A stretch of DNA of 63,444 nucleotides, counting the filler, from Octopus bimaculoides (taxonomy: Eukaryota), in assembly GCF_001194135.2 (NCBI RefSeq). It is 7 parts of 7 records of this genome, joined end to end, with 100 filler letters (N's around TTAATTAATTAA, not from the genome) between each part and the next. Parts side by side here need not be neighbours in the genome. Positions count along the whole stretch, not along the records: positions 1 to 18,638 come from NC_068996.1; 6 more parts are not named here. One strand, 5' to 3'. The notes below the pieces were generated by a model. It was not told the DNA's origin and did no database searches. It was given only the letters and a program-made list of their open reading frames with translations. A program made the translations under genes and the position numbers. Shown here piece after piece: positions 1 to 11,929 of the stretch; the stretch's first letter is position 1, and the number at the start of each line of letters is the position of its first letter.

Positions 1-119
1 GATTCAATCTCAACATTTCTAAAGAATTTAATTAGAATTTGGTGTATGAGAAAACGCTCTATGTATACATGTATACAAGCATACATACATTCATACAGAT
101 AGATAGATACTGTGCCAGA

Positions 120-331
120 AGGCGGCGAGCTGGCAGAAACGTTAGCACTTCGGGCGAAATGCCTAGCGGTATTCCCTCCGCCTTTACGTTCTGAGTTCAA
201 ATTCCGCCGAGGTCGACTTTGCCTTTTATCCTTTCGGGGTCGATAAATAAAGTACCAGTAACACAGTGGGGTTGATGTAATCGACTTAATCCGTTTGTCT
301 GTCCTTGTTTGTCCCCTCTGTTTGTAGTCCC
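120..331 (+). mobile_element. tRNA-derived SINE, family 'A' (near-complete copy)
   Basis: A-box-like TGGCAGAAACG, B-box-like GAGTTCAAATTCC, then body GTCGACTTTGCCTTTTATCCTTTCGGGGTCGATAAATAAAGTACCAG that recurs at 5.6, 44.4, 47.0, 49.2, 49.7, 49.9 and 58.6 kb. Confidence 0.85.
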
Positions 332-904
332 AAGATTCGTAAAAGCGCAATATGTTCTGCGAAGTTGAAAGAAATCTAAAGACAAAGTACTTTTTTTTAT
401 GTCTTGCATTTCCATTCCCAACTACCATCTTGCTTTCCAATAATAGTGGCATTTCCGCTCTTTTTCAGGTCTTCATAATTTCACCGTGACCCTGACAGTG
501 TAGCTAACGGATATCATGCCTTGCCAAAGGGTAACCAATGATTTTGTCCAGGACTCTTTGTCTACCGGCCATTCCCCTATCCGCAAACTGGGAACTCGAT
601 GGATGAGAGTTGTCATCATTACACATGTCGTGCGAACACAACATATATAGATCAACTCGACCAGAGACACTGGATGCCTCCTCGATTACTTTCTTCAACA
701 AATGCAGGGCCTAGACGAGCGGCGTTTGCGGGTTAAAAAGGTCCGAGCAAGCTCGACCAGATGAAGGTGACATATAGATAGAAAGAAACATTTAAGGATT
801 TACTTTCCGTAATGAGATAAAAAAAACCAAGGCTGTGTATATTGTAAAGAAATATATAAATATTTATGTGTGTGTGTGTGTGTGTGTGTGTGTTTGTTTT
901 TGGA

Positions 905-1090
905 CCCTACTACCTCTTGACAACTGGTGTAAGTTTGTTTACGTCCACGTGAGTTATCGCTCCGGCAAAAATGACTGATAAAATAGTTATCAGGCTTAAA
1001 AACTAATAACCACTGTGGTTAATTCGTTCGATTAAAATTCAAGGTGGTTCTCCCAGCATGGACCCAATCTAAGGAACGAAACAAGTAAAA
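905..1090 (+). mobile_element. SINE family 'B', degenerate 3' half
   Basis: TTGACAACTGGTG..GTTTACGTCC..GGTTCTCCCAGCATGG..GAAACAAGTAAAA matches the 3' half of the full copy at 28656-29070. Confidence 0.7.
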
Positions 1091-2309
1091 TGTTAACAAC
1101 TAAGCCATTATACCCGCCAGATGATCTACGCAAGAGACAAATAAAATATGTCAATACACCGTTGACATGTGTGACTAGTTTTAGAAAGTATTTATTACAG
1201 GATTACATGATGTGGCTAGTTTCTTTCTCCGTCTTTCAGAAGAATATCACTACCATGAATGTGTGGAAGCAAAACTAAGATAACACTGTCAGAAGTTATG
1301 CGAACGAAGAGTAAGAGTCTCTTCAAAACGATTTGTAGGCAACAAAAAAAAAAAAGAAAAAAGGAAAAAAAAAAAAAGAAAAAAGGAAAAAAAAAGAGAA
1401 AAAAGTAAGGAAAAGAAAAACAAGGAAAAATACACTTTGCACAAATGAAATTGCTGCCGATTCATCATACAGACTTTCCGTGGTTTATGGTTACGGTGTT
1501 AAATTTTCAACACGTTAAAAAACAAAAAAGGAAAGACGCCATATTTCCCTACGCCATACATAANNNNNNNNNNNNNNNNNNNNNNNNNNNNNNNNNNNNN
1601 NNNNNNNNNNNNNNNNNNNNNNNNNNNNNNNNNNNNNNNNNNNNNNNNNNNNNNNNNNNNNNNNNNNNNNNNNNNNNNNNNNNNNNNNNNNNNNNNNNNN
1701 NNNNNNNNNNNNNNNNNNNNNNNNNNNNNNNNNNNNNNNNNNNNNNNNNNNNNNNNNNNNNNNNNNNNNNNNNNNNNNNNNNNNNNNNNNNNNNNNNNNN
1801 NNNNNNNNNNNNNNNNNNNNNNNNNNNNNNNNNNNNNNNNNNNNNNNNNNNNNNNNNNNNNNNNNNNNNNNNNNNNNNNNNNNNNNNNNNNNNNNNNNNN
1901 NNNNNNNNNNNNNNNNNNNNNNNNNNNNNNNNNNNGCTTTTTTTTTTTTTTTCTCTGATGAATGGACACTATGGCAGTTAGGTTTCACTGCTTAGGAGTT
2001 AGTTCTTAGACGCATTCCACTTTTTCAGCTTTACTTTTCTCTCCATTTGCTGATTTTATGAATTAAAGAAATAAAAAAATACGGAAGGGAAGAACGGAAT
2101 ATATTTAGCAATTTCTTGGATATTTTTTTTTCGTTTTTGGTCATTTATTTTTATTATCTTTTATTATATACCTATTCGTGTTCCTTTTATGTCTTTTTTT
2201 CTTTCTTTTCTTATCTCTTTTCTGTTTGTAATCTTTCCAAAGTCATTACTGTTAGGGTTCTAAGTTACTTACTAACAAAAATTTGGCGGATCGCCTATCT
2301 GTCTGTTAG

Positions 2310-2312
2310 TCA

Positions 2313-2346
<34 letters not shown>

Positions 2347-3396
2347 ACTCTCTCTCTCTCCCTCATCTCTCTTTCTGTCATCTCTCCCTCTCTCTCTATC
2401 ATCTCTCTCTGTGTCATGTCTCTCTCTCGCTCTGCCATCTCTCTCTCTGTCTCTGTCATCTCTCTCTCTGTCATCTCTCTCTCTGTCATCTCTCTCTCTG
2501 TCATCTCTCTGTCTCTGTCATCTCTGTCTCTGTCATCTCTCTCTCTGTCATTTCTCTCTCTCTGTCATCTCTCTCTCTCTCTCTCATCTCTCTTTCTGTC
2601 ATCTCTCTTTCTGTCATCTCTCCCTCTCTCTCTATCATCTCTCTCTGTGTCATGTCTCTCTCTCGCTCTGCCATCTCTCTCGCTCTGCTATCTCTCTCTC
2701 TGTCTCTGTCATCTCTCTCTCTGTCATCTCTCTCTCTGTCATCTCTCTCTCTGTCATCTCTCTCTCTGTCATCTCTCTCTCTGTCATCTCTCTCTCTCTG
2801 TCATCTCTTTCTCTCTGTCATCTCTCTCTCTCTCTCTCTCTCTCATCTCTCTTTCTGTCATCTCTCCCTCTCTCTCTATCATCTCTCTCTGTGTCATGTC
2901 TCTCTCTCGCTCTGCCATCTCTCTCTCTGTCTCTGTCATCTCTCTCTCTCTGTCACCTCTCTCTCTCTGTCATCTCTATCTCTCTCTGTCATCTCTCTCT
3001 CTCTCTCTCTCTCATCTCTCTTTCTGTCATCTCTCCCTCTCTCTCTATCATCTCTCTCTGTGTCATGTCTCTCTCTCGCTCTGCCATCTCTCTCTCTGTC
3101 TCTGTCATCTCTCTCTCTCTCTGTCATCTCTCTCTCTCTGTCATCTCTCTCTCTCTGTCATCTCTCTCTCTCTCTGTCATCTCTCTCTCTCTCTGTCATC
3201 TCTCTCTCTCATCTCTCTTTCTGTCATCTCTCCCTCTCTCTCTATCATCTCTCTCTGTGTCATGTCTCTCTCTCGCTCTGCCATCTCTCTCTCTGTCTCT
3301 GTCATCTCTCTCTCTCTCTGTCATCTCTCTTTCTGTCATCTCTCTGTCTCCGTCTCTGTCATCTCTTTCTGTCTGTCATTACTCTCTTTCTGTCAT

Positions 3397-3435
<39 letters not shown>

Positions 3436-3480
3436 AATACTCTCTCTCTCACTCTGCCATTAATCTCTCTCTCTCTCTAT
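2310..3480. repeat. Compound (CT)n-GTCAT satellite with a higher-order unit
   Basis: Basic unit CTCTCTCTGTCAT; the block CCCTCTCTCTCTATCATCTCTCTCTGTGTCATGTCTCTCTCTCGCTCTGCCAT recurs near 2385, 2620, 2865, 3035 and 3230. Confidence 0.9.
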
Positions 3481-3539
3481 CATGATCTCTTTCTGTCTGT
3501 CATCTCTCCCTCTCCCTCTCTCACCCCCTCTCTCCATCT

Positions 3540-3755
3540 ATCAGTCTGTCGGTCATCCCTCTATTTGTCTATCTATCTGTCTGTCTGTCTGTCTGTCTGT
3601 CTCTCCTTTTCACTCGCTCTCTCTCTCTCCCGATCTCTCTCTCTCTCTCTCCCGATCTCTCTCTCTCTCTCCCGATCTCTCTCCCGATCTCTCTCTCTCT
3701 CTCCCGATCTCTCTCCCGATCTCTCTCCCGATCTCTCTCCCGATCTCTCTCCCGA

Positions 3756-3787
<32 letters not shown>

Positions 3788-4038
3788 AATCTACCTACCT
3801 ATCTATCTGTCTGTCTGTCTGTCTGCCTATCTGTTTGTCTGCCTGTCTGTCAATTTCTCTATCTATCCGTCTGTCTATCTGACTGTCTGTTTGCCTATCC
3901 CCCTGTCTGTCTGTCTTTCTGACTGTCTTTCTGACTGTCTTTCTGACTGTCTTTCTGACTGTCTTTCTGTCCGTCTATCTATCTATCTGTCTATCTGTCT
4001 GTATATCTACCTATCTATCTTCGTTTCTTTCTCTCTTC

Positions 4039-4099
<61 letters not shown>

Positions 4100-4455
4100 T
4101 TCCTTCCTTCCTTCCTTTCTTTATTTCTTTCTTTCTTTCTTTCTTTCTTCTTTCTTTCTTTCTTCCTTCCTTCCTTTCTTTCTTATGTTTTTAATCTCAT
4201 TAGTACTATCTTTAACACAGCTACTATTACCACTAACGCTCCTTTTCTTCTATCTGTTCTTTTTCTTCATTGTCTTCTCCTTCCCTTCATGATCAGTTAT
4301 CTCTTCTTCTTCTTCTTCTTCTTCTTCTTCTTCTTCTTCTTCTTCTTCTTCTTCTTTTTCTTCTTCTTCTTCTTTTTCTTCTTCTTCTTCTTCTTCTTCT
4401 TCTTCTTCTTCTTCTTCTTCTTCTTCTTCTTCTTCTTCTTCTTCTTCTTCTTCTT
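3540..4455. repeat. Mosaic of microsatellites: (CTGT)n, (CTCTCCCGAT)n, (GACTGTCTTTCT)n, (CTAT)n, (CTTT)n, (CTT)n
   Basis: Directly visible tandem units, ending at an N gap. Confidence 0.9.
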
Positions 4456-4986
4456 NNNNNNNNNNNNNNNNNNNNNNNNNNNNNNNNNNNNNNNNNNNNN
4501 NNNNNNNNNNNNNNNNNNNNNNNNNNNNNNNNNNNNNNNNNNNNNNNNNNNNNNNNNNNNNNNNNNNNNNNNNNNNNNNNNNNNNNNNNNNNNNNNNNNN
4601 NNNNNNNNNNNNNNNNNNNNNNNNNNNNNNNNNNNNNNNNNNNNNNNNNNNNNNNNNNNNNNNNNNNNNNNNNNNNNNNNNNNNNNNNNNNNNNNNNNNN
4701 NNNNNNNNNNNNNNNNNNNNNNNNNNNNNNNNNNNNNNNNNNNNNNNNNNNNNNNNNNNNNNNNNNNNNNNNNNNNNNNNNNNNNNNNNNNNNNNNNNNN
4801 NNNNNNNNNNNNNNNNNNNNNNNNNNNNNNNNNNNNNNNNNNNNNNNNNNNNNNNNNNNNNNNNNNNNNNNNNNNNNNNNNNNNNNNNNNNNNNNNNNNN
4901 NNNNNNNNNNNNNNNNNNNNNNNNNNNNNNNNNNNNNNNNNNNNNNNNNNNNNNNNNNNNNNNNNNNNNNNNNNNNNNNNNNNNNN

Positions 4987-5355
4987 ATTACATGATAAAC
5001 AACAAAGAAAATTCTGTTGACACCACACGTACACACACAAAATAATCGAACGTTTTTGGCGAGATTTAAAAGAATGGGTGAAAAGGCCAGGTATTCGCTT
5101 CAAATTGTCTCCACTGCCTCCGTTTTCCATGGACAAAATGTATTTCCCGCACATTATGAGGTCAATTAATACGATTGCAACGAAAAAAAAAAAAACGCTG
5201 GAGACAGGGTCGGAAAGGGAAATTTCCGAGGTTCCGCCCCAAAACCCACCTCTTCATTTTCTGCGAAAAAATTGCATTTCCGACAGCTTACGCGGCCAAC
5301 TAAGGCGATTGCATTTCCACAAAAAAGGGGGAGGTGGGGGAAATTATTTACTACC
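4987..5355 (+). mobile_element. Merlin/ISXO2(IS1016)-like DNA transposon remnant (transposase C-terminus)
   Basis: Frameshifted translation INNKENSVDTTR / YTHKIIERFWRDLKEWVKRPGIR resembles the VNHS-NFVDP-TG-HTQ-IE-LW signature of ISXO2/Merlin transposases; possible right end ...ATTTACTACC at 5355; left part lost in gap. Confidence 0.6.
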
Positions 5356-5639
5356 AAAATCGAGTCTGGTGTAAATCTATAAATTTACCACTACACTTAG
5401 TTGGGGTTTAGAGAGAAAATACCAGGTCAGATGCCGGGGAAACACAGTCAAAAGGAGGTAGTCTATACAATAAGTGTGGAGTGTTAAAGGGGTGGCGATG
5501 ATATTAAAATTAATTTGGTATGATCAACTCAGGAGTGAATGAGATGATGCAAGTCAAGACGATAGTCATAGTTAAAAGGTTTTATCTACAATGATATATC
5601 ATTTTTTCTACTCTAGGCACAAGGCCAGGATTTTTTTGG

Positions 5640-5735
5640 GGGAGGGGACCAGTCGATTAGATCGACCTCAGTACGAAACTGGTACTTAATTTATCGACCC
5701 GAAAGGATGAAAGGCAAAGTCGATCTCGGTGGAAT
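5640..5735 (-). mobile_element. SINE family A, partial
   Basis: Reverse complement reads GATCGACTTTGCCTTTCATCCTTTCGGGTCGATAAATTAAGTACCAG. Confidence 0.8.
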
Positions 5736-5805
5736 CTACTGTGAGGGTTGGAAAGCGTGAAACTATAAGGACCTTCTGACCGCTCTTACTATACTTGATA
5801 AGTCC

Positions 5806-6186
5806 TGGCACTCCGTCGCTTACGACGACATGGATTCCAGTTGATCCAATCAACGGAACAGCCTGCTCGTGAAATGAACGTGCAAGTGGCTGAGCACTCC
5901 ACAGACACGTGTACCCTTAACGTAGTTCTCGGGGATATTCAGCGTGACACAGAGTGTGACAAGGCTGGCCCTTTGAAATACAGGCACAACAGAAACAGGA
6001 AGTAAGAGTGAGAGAAAGTTGTGGTGGAAGAGTACAGCAGGGTTCGCCACCATCCCCTGCCGGAGCCTCGTGGAGCTTTGGGTGATTTCGCTCAATAAAC
6101 ACCCACAACACCCGGTCAGGGAATCGAAACCGCGATCCTATGACCGCGAGTCCGCTGCCCTAACTACTAGGCCATTGCGCCTCCAC
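5806..6186 (-). mobile_element. tRNA-derived SINE, family 'D' (full-length-looking)
   Basis: Minus strand begins GGAGGCGCAATGGCCTAGTAGTTAGGGCAGCGGACTCGCGGTCATAGGATCGCGGTTTCGATTCCC (tRNA-like head with A/B boxes), followed by a ~300-bp GC-richer body; similar head at 62405. Confidence 0.75.
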
Positions 6187-6279
6187 ACTTGATAAGTATG
6201 CTATATCGAAAGAACATACCTTCTTATCTGTCTTGTACCTGGTTCTATGCAATGGCGATCACTATGATAGGTAACCTCT

Positions 6280-6515
6280 AGTGTTTGTATGTATGTTTGT
6301 ATGTATGTATGTGCGTGCGTATGTATGTTTGAATGTATCTATGTTTGTATGTATGTATGTATGTTTGTATGTATGTATTTTTGTATTTATGTATGTGTGT
6401 ATGAATGTATGTATGTATGTATGTATGTATGTATGTATGTATGTTTGTATGCATGTATATCTGTGTGTGTGTTTGTACGTATGTATGTACATAGTGCGTA
6501 CCGGCGTACGTATGT
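6280..6515. repeat. (TATG)n microsatellite
   Basis: Direct. Confidence 0.95.
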
Positions 6516-7569
6516 GTGTATATTAGTAGTTAATTCTCTCTTAAGTCCTCAGTTACAGAGATATGAAAGGACGAAAAAAGACCTTTTTTTAATCTTTTTC
6601 TGAGTAAAAAAATAACTAGTGATAAATAAATAAGGGAGAAAGAGGGAGGGAGAGAGCGAGAGAGAGAGAGAGGGGGAGGGAGGGAGAGAGAGATAGAAAA
6701 TAAATGTAGCTTCACTGTTATTTAATTTTAATTGTTAACTATCTGCTTAATCTTCACAAAAATATAGACATGGTTGATTAAATTAAGTTTTTAGAAAAGA
6801 GGTTTAGAACAAAATACAAAAGAAAAAAAAAGTTTCGAACTATTAAGTAAAATAAAATGCAAGAATAATGAATATATACAAATGTAAAAATATTAGCTTA
6901 TGTACACCGGAAGTTGCCCTACAACTATAGGGAAGCTGTTTTAACTTCCGGTGTATCTGGTTCACAGATAAACTGTATGCAGGTCAGAAAATCGTTAGCA
7001 AAATGTCTGCAGGGCAGAGAAATACAGATGTTACGATGTTCATCAAAAAATGCAGGTCTAAGTGAGATTGTTTGATGACAGCATCATATTTTGACCAGGG
7101 AAATCCCATATTATATTGCATTATATAAAAATAATCATATAAACTGATAGATAAAAAAAAAAATACGGTTCAAAAATAAAGCATATAAAATATAAACTCA
7201 ATGTCCTTGACATTAAGTATGCTTTTAATGAAGTACCGCTTCCGCTTAAAGCTACCCTCATCAAATATTCCATTTAGAACAGGCAAACTTGTTTCCTGTC
7301 CACCGAGGAACTTCTGTCCGAAATCTCATTCCATAGATGCAGGAGCTCACTGAAGGCCTACTGCTCTCACCCAGATATTAAAGAAAAATGTTTGTGGTAA
7401 AAACAAAAAAAATCAAAGAAACAAAAGAATGTGTATTTACTTTTGTGCTAACAAATACGTGTTAAATTTACTTTGTAAAATGTACTTCATAACCTCTTCC
7501 GGTTTATTTTAAAAACAACCTGTATCCCATCAAATGGCTTTCTATTTCACGAAATATATATGGTACTTT

Positions 7570-7845
7570 TTTTTACTTGTTTCAGTCATTAGAATGCGGC
7601 CATGCTGGGGCACAGCCTTGAAGAGTTATTAATCGGACGAATGGATTCCGGTAAATTTTTTAAAACCTGGAACGTATTCTATCGGTCTCTTTTGCTGAAC
7701 CGCTAAGTTACGATGACGTAAGCAAGCAACACCGTTTTTTCAAGTGGTGGTGGTGGTGGCGGACAAACACAGACACAAAGGCACACACGCAGAATCCGGA
7801 ATCATGTGGTTGCGAAGCAAACTTCTGACTACACAGCCATGCCTT
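7570..7845 (-). mobile_element. SINE family B, internally deleted copy
   Basis: Tail (TTACTTGTTTCAGTCATT..GGCCATGCTGG) joined to head (CCGGAATCATGTGGTTGCGAAGCAAACTTCTGACTACACAGCCA) without the CORE-like middle. Confidence 0.7.
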
Positions 7846-7864
7846 TTTAAAACAATTTTAAAGC

Positions 7865-8060
7865 TTGGCACTTATTATATCGGACTCTTGCCGAAATGCT
7901 AAATTAAAGACATAAACAAATCAACACCGGTTGTCAAACGGTGTTCGAACAAATGCAAGAATAAGTACGCAAAAGCTCCACTTCACCAACATACATATAT
8001 GTATATGCGGCAGGCTTCTACATAGGTTCCGTTTACCAAATTCGCTCACAAGGTTGCAAA
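7865..8060 (-). mobile_element. SINE family B, degenerate partial
   Basis: AACACCGGTTGTCAAACGGTG and CAGTTTACCAAATTCGCTCACAAGG-like motifs match the B middle region. Confidence 0.55.
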
Positions 8061-8639
8061 GCCAGTTTCTTAATTGCTCAACAACGCTTGTATATNNNNN
8101 NNNNNNNNNNNNNNNNNNNNNNNNNNNNNNNNNNNNNNNNNNNNNNNNNNNNNNNNNNNNNNNNNNNNATATATATTGACATTGCTGATACTGTTGAAAT
8201 GACTTGCACTGTTTAGTGTTGAAACTCCAATAAACTCTAATAGAACAGCTGATGATGGAATGATTTACATTTCAGATAATTTTTGTTGTAATTGTGTTGC
8301 ACTTGTAGTTGTTAGCCAGTTCTATCGTGTACGTCCACATTTGTTGTTTGTTTTTGTGTTCTTTAGTATTTCGTTGTTAGCTCCGTCTCTAATTCCATTT
8401 CTGACATTTTTTTCCCAAAGTTTAGTACATGTATAAGTCTAGTTTTAATTAATTCTATCTTCTTATTTTTAATTTAATTTTATGGTTAAGCGATTATAAG
8501 GGTCATATATGAAATTGACTCCAGACCAATGTTTTCATTTGCAATTAGTTTCAAGCTGAATAAATTCATATGAGGTCACATGATTGAGTTAGCTTTTAAC
8601 TAACAATTACATCATGGCGGACTGGGAACACAAACACAA

Positions 8640-8775
8640 ATATATACACATACAAGCATACATACATACATACGTATGTACGTACATACATACATAAACA
8701 TACATAAACATACATAAACATACATAAAAATACATACATACATACATACATACATGCATGCATAATACATAGATA
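8640..8775. repeat. (CATA)n microsatellite at the 5' junction of the R4/Dong element
   Basis: Direct. Confidence 0.95.
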
Positions 8776-8789
8776 CGTTCTACAGGGAA

Positions 8790-11700
8790 ATTCTCACGAA
8801 CCTATTTAAAAATACAATGGACGTTGAGCTAGATATACCATATTGGCTGACGATTGCACGGACTACTTTTATCCCCAATAACAAAGAGACCCATGCGAGT
8901 AAAAAGTATAGATCCATAGTATACTTGAATGTTATGTACAAACTGTTCACAAGTTGGCTGAATAGGTTTCTTCAAGGTCACTGCTAAACAAATGGTGTTA
9001 TAACTGATGAACAGTCAGCAAGAAAGAAAGGAGTCTGAGAATGTGCAAAACAACTCCTCCTCAACAAAGCTGTCTTTAAGGGAGCCTAGCAACATCGCCG
9101 TAATCTCATAGCGATATAGCTACAGGAAGGCGTTCGTCTCATGGATGATAAAATCACGTCATCTTGCCAAAATACCAGCCGCTATAATAAATGTCATTGA
9201 AAGAGTGACCACAACATGGTCCACATAATTATCATTGACAACTACTAAAGTAACAGCTAATGTTACAAACAGGATTAAGCTATTAACAGGCATATTCTAG
9301 GGTGATAATTTATCTGTAATACTTGTACTGGCAGTGAATCCTTTGTCAGCCCTGTTAACAAAATGTCAATGCTACATGCTGGGATATACAGAAAAGAATA
9401 TAATTAATGCTACCCATACATATTTGGTAATAATCAAAAGTTATATTCTGGTAATATGTTCAGCGTAAAGAAACAATTAGAATTAGTTTCAACATGGGCT
9501 GAAAAGTTTATAGGCTGACCCGATGCAATAGTCGAACTTGACCAAATGTGTTTTATTTTTCGATATAATCTCTCCTGCGGTCCGCACACTTCTTACATCG
9601 GTGTATTCCCGTGGTATACAAACTCTCATCCTGAACCTCCAAAAAGTCCTCAACAGCAGATATGACCTCATTATCGGTCCGATACTGCCAAGCGTCTTTT
9701 TCTTGTTGGGGAACAGAAAATAGTCAGATGGCGCCAAATAACGAGAATATGGACGGTAGTAAACCAGTTCAAAGCCACAGTCGCGCACAGCATCCATTGC
9801 AACCACAGACTTATGTGCAAGAGTATTGTCCTGGTGAAGCAGGACCCCATTAGCTATCTGATTAACATTTAAACGTCTGTCATCCATCACCATGTGGTGA
9901 ATACGTCAATGTTTTCTTGGGCGGTGGCTGTTGCAGGACGTCTGGACCTTGGGTCATCTTCAAAATTATCCCTATCTCTTTTGAATTCAGTTACCCACTT
10001 TTGTACAGTTGATAAAGCTAGAGCATCATTCCCTAATGTAGCAGCCATGAGAATATGAATGTCTTTAGGGGCTAACCCCTTTTTCTTCAGATATTTAATA
10101 ACACCATGGTGACAAATTTTATCCATTTTCACGAAATGTCTCTAGAACCACTTCTCCAAGTCCTCAATTTTGTATCTAATGTGGGTTTATCTGGAAAGAA
10201 AACATGAAGTTAACATCAGTAAAGGTTGAATTTAATGCGTACCAAGTTTAATTACTGTATGATAATCCCTTCTTAGTCAGTCTATTAACTTTTCAGCCCA
10301 CCCTCGTAGGAATGAAGTTTGAGTAAGATAAATGTTCATGCCCTATAGTCAACCGAAGAAAAATTGTCGACTAGGTACGGAACATGTACATAAACGGCTT
10401 GTCTATCTCTAATGATGAAAGCTACAAATGCCTTGTAGTCGATAAGAATGTTGCATACGTTGGTGCTGTGACGAAAGCCGGAATAACAGAGTACTTCTGT
10501 AGAAGAGCTGTTTACATTTAACAAGACCATATCACAATACCTTTGCAATGCCAGTGCTTGGACCATCATTTGGCATATTGGACTGGACACTCGATGAGAT
10601 ATGCAGCTAGGACATCAAAACCAGAAAGGTACTGACCACTACTGGCAAATTCCACATTAACAGCGACACCGATAGGATTGGATTTATGTGAGACAAAGTG
10701 ATGACGGTTGAGGTATAAAGTCAGTCCAAACAGCCTTTGAATGTTGCATTGTATCACTCAGACAACACCTGCTGAACACTAAAGAAAGAAATGAGTACAT
10801 TCCATGCATACTCAAAAGTGAGAGCAACAACATCTTCAGTGTTGGAGAAGAACTACTGTGCAGGTACTCTGAGAATACAACTGTCTCATGCGACCCAAAA
10901 GAAGCTGAACTGGCCGACTTAAAAAAAGGAGCTTGGAGAAGCATGCATCATACCACCAAAAAGCATTGCATGAGTACATATCACGTAAGCTAGAGGGCAA
11001 CAACAGCATTAACAAGATGAGTAGCTGCTTCTGGACCTGTGATAGTTACCTTACATCCCGCCAAAAAAAATGTACCTGTGTTATCCAGGGACAGGAGAAA
11101 GCTACTTAATTCCTAATAAGCAAGACTGACAAAGATACCACCAAACCTCCATGTTGTGATAGAAAATGCCGGCTCTGCTATACCAGTGTGAAAGATATTA
11201 CCCACATCATCATCAGCTGCCCCTGAAATGTCTAAGTGATACTACCTGCCCCCGAAGTATGATATAGTTGCAGAGACTATTTACCATGCTATCCGCAAGA
11301 AAGATTGCCCTGGCGTATATATCAAAGGCCTGTCAGAACCAGCAGGTATTCATCACCTTAAAAAAAAAAGAGTACTGGTGGAACACCTCAATAAAACATC
11401 AATTAAGTGCAAACATAACAGACCTAGTACTATTTTGTAGGAAAGGGAACAAAAGCCTTACACTCTTGTAGAGGTCAGCTGCCCAGCGGATGTGAATGTA
11501 CAACCAAAAGTATGGGTAAAAGAGAACATTCATGGCGTATTAATGTACCCCGACTATGAATTCTCCTTTGTACCTATCACCTACCAACATAATTGCATTA
11601 GGTTATGTACCAAAAATTTTCCACCAAAAGCTTGAAATACTAGTTTCATGGAGAAAGAGCAAAAGAAACTTCAAATCCAATCTCTTAGTGGCACAGTGAA

Positions 11701-11910
11701 AATTTGTAAGACATTCCAAAAGTTCTCCATCTGAGATTCTTATGTGAATAGATGCACGCTGTTGGGTGTACGCATCGACAGTCCAACAAACACACCAACT
11801 CAACCACATATCTAAATACACCGGCAAATCTATTAACTCAAGCAGTCTTGTCGCTTGTTAGCGACTGGCTTGAACTCTGTCAAGAACTTAAATAAAACTC
11901 GAAGAAAAAT
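8790..11910 (+). mobile_element. 5'-truncated, decayed R4/Dong-clade non-LTR retrotransposon (RT + CCHC knuckle + restriction-like endonuclease)
   Basis: Manual translation gives DIPYWLTIARTTFIPNNKETHASKKYRSIVYLNVMYKLFTS (8832); GIF*GDNLSV (~9290); NTFAMPVLGPSFGILDWT..DIKTRKVLTTTGKFHINSDTDR (10540-10680); CRLCYTSVKDITHIIISC (C-x2-C-x8-H-x4-C, 11167-11220); KHNRPSTIL*EREQKPYTLVEVSCPADVN (RLE, ~11410-11500); stop at 11732-11734; 3' UTR with AATAAA to ~11910. Multiple stops and frameshifts. Confidence 0.85.
9495..10306 (-). mobile_element. Internally deleted mariner (Tc1/mariner) transposon nested in the R4/Dong RT
   Basis: ORFs 9887-10132 (N-terminal HTH region, EDDPRSRRPAT) and 9489-9893 (HQDN, YSRYLAPSDYFLF); TIRs TGGGCTGAAAAGTTTATAGGCTGAC (9495) and GTCAGTCTATTAACTTTTCAGCCCACCCTCG followed by TA (10276-10308). 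Confidence 0.9.
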
Positions 11911-11929
11911 TACACATATATACACTGTA

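Noticed and set aside
120-200. tRNA genes (also at 6110-6186, 28656, 62405)
   Set aside because: These are A/B-box heads fused to SINE bodies; I could not fold complete cloverleaves.
473-701. Short ORFs or RTE-like remnant
   Set aside because: Only vague similarity; no diagnostic motif, and the candidate + strand exon has stops in all frames.
2116-4292. Long S/L/C-rich ORFs (up to 588 aa)
   Set aside because: These are translations of CT/GTCAT microsatellite that lacks stops by composition.
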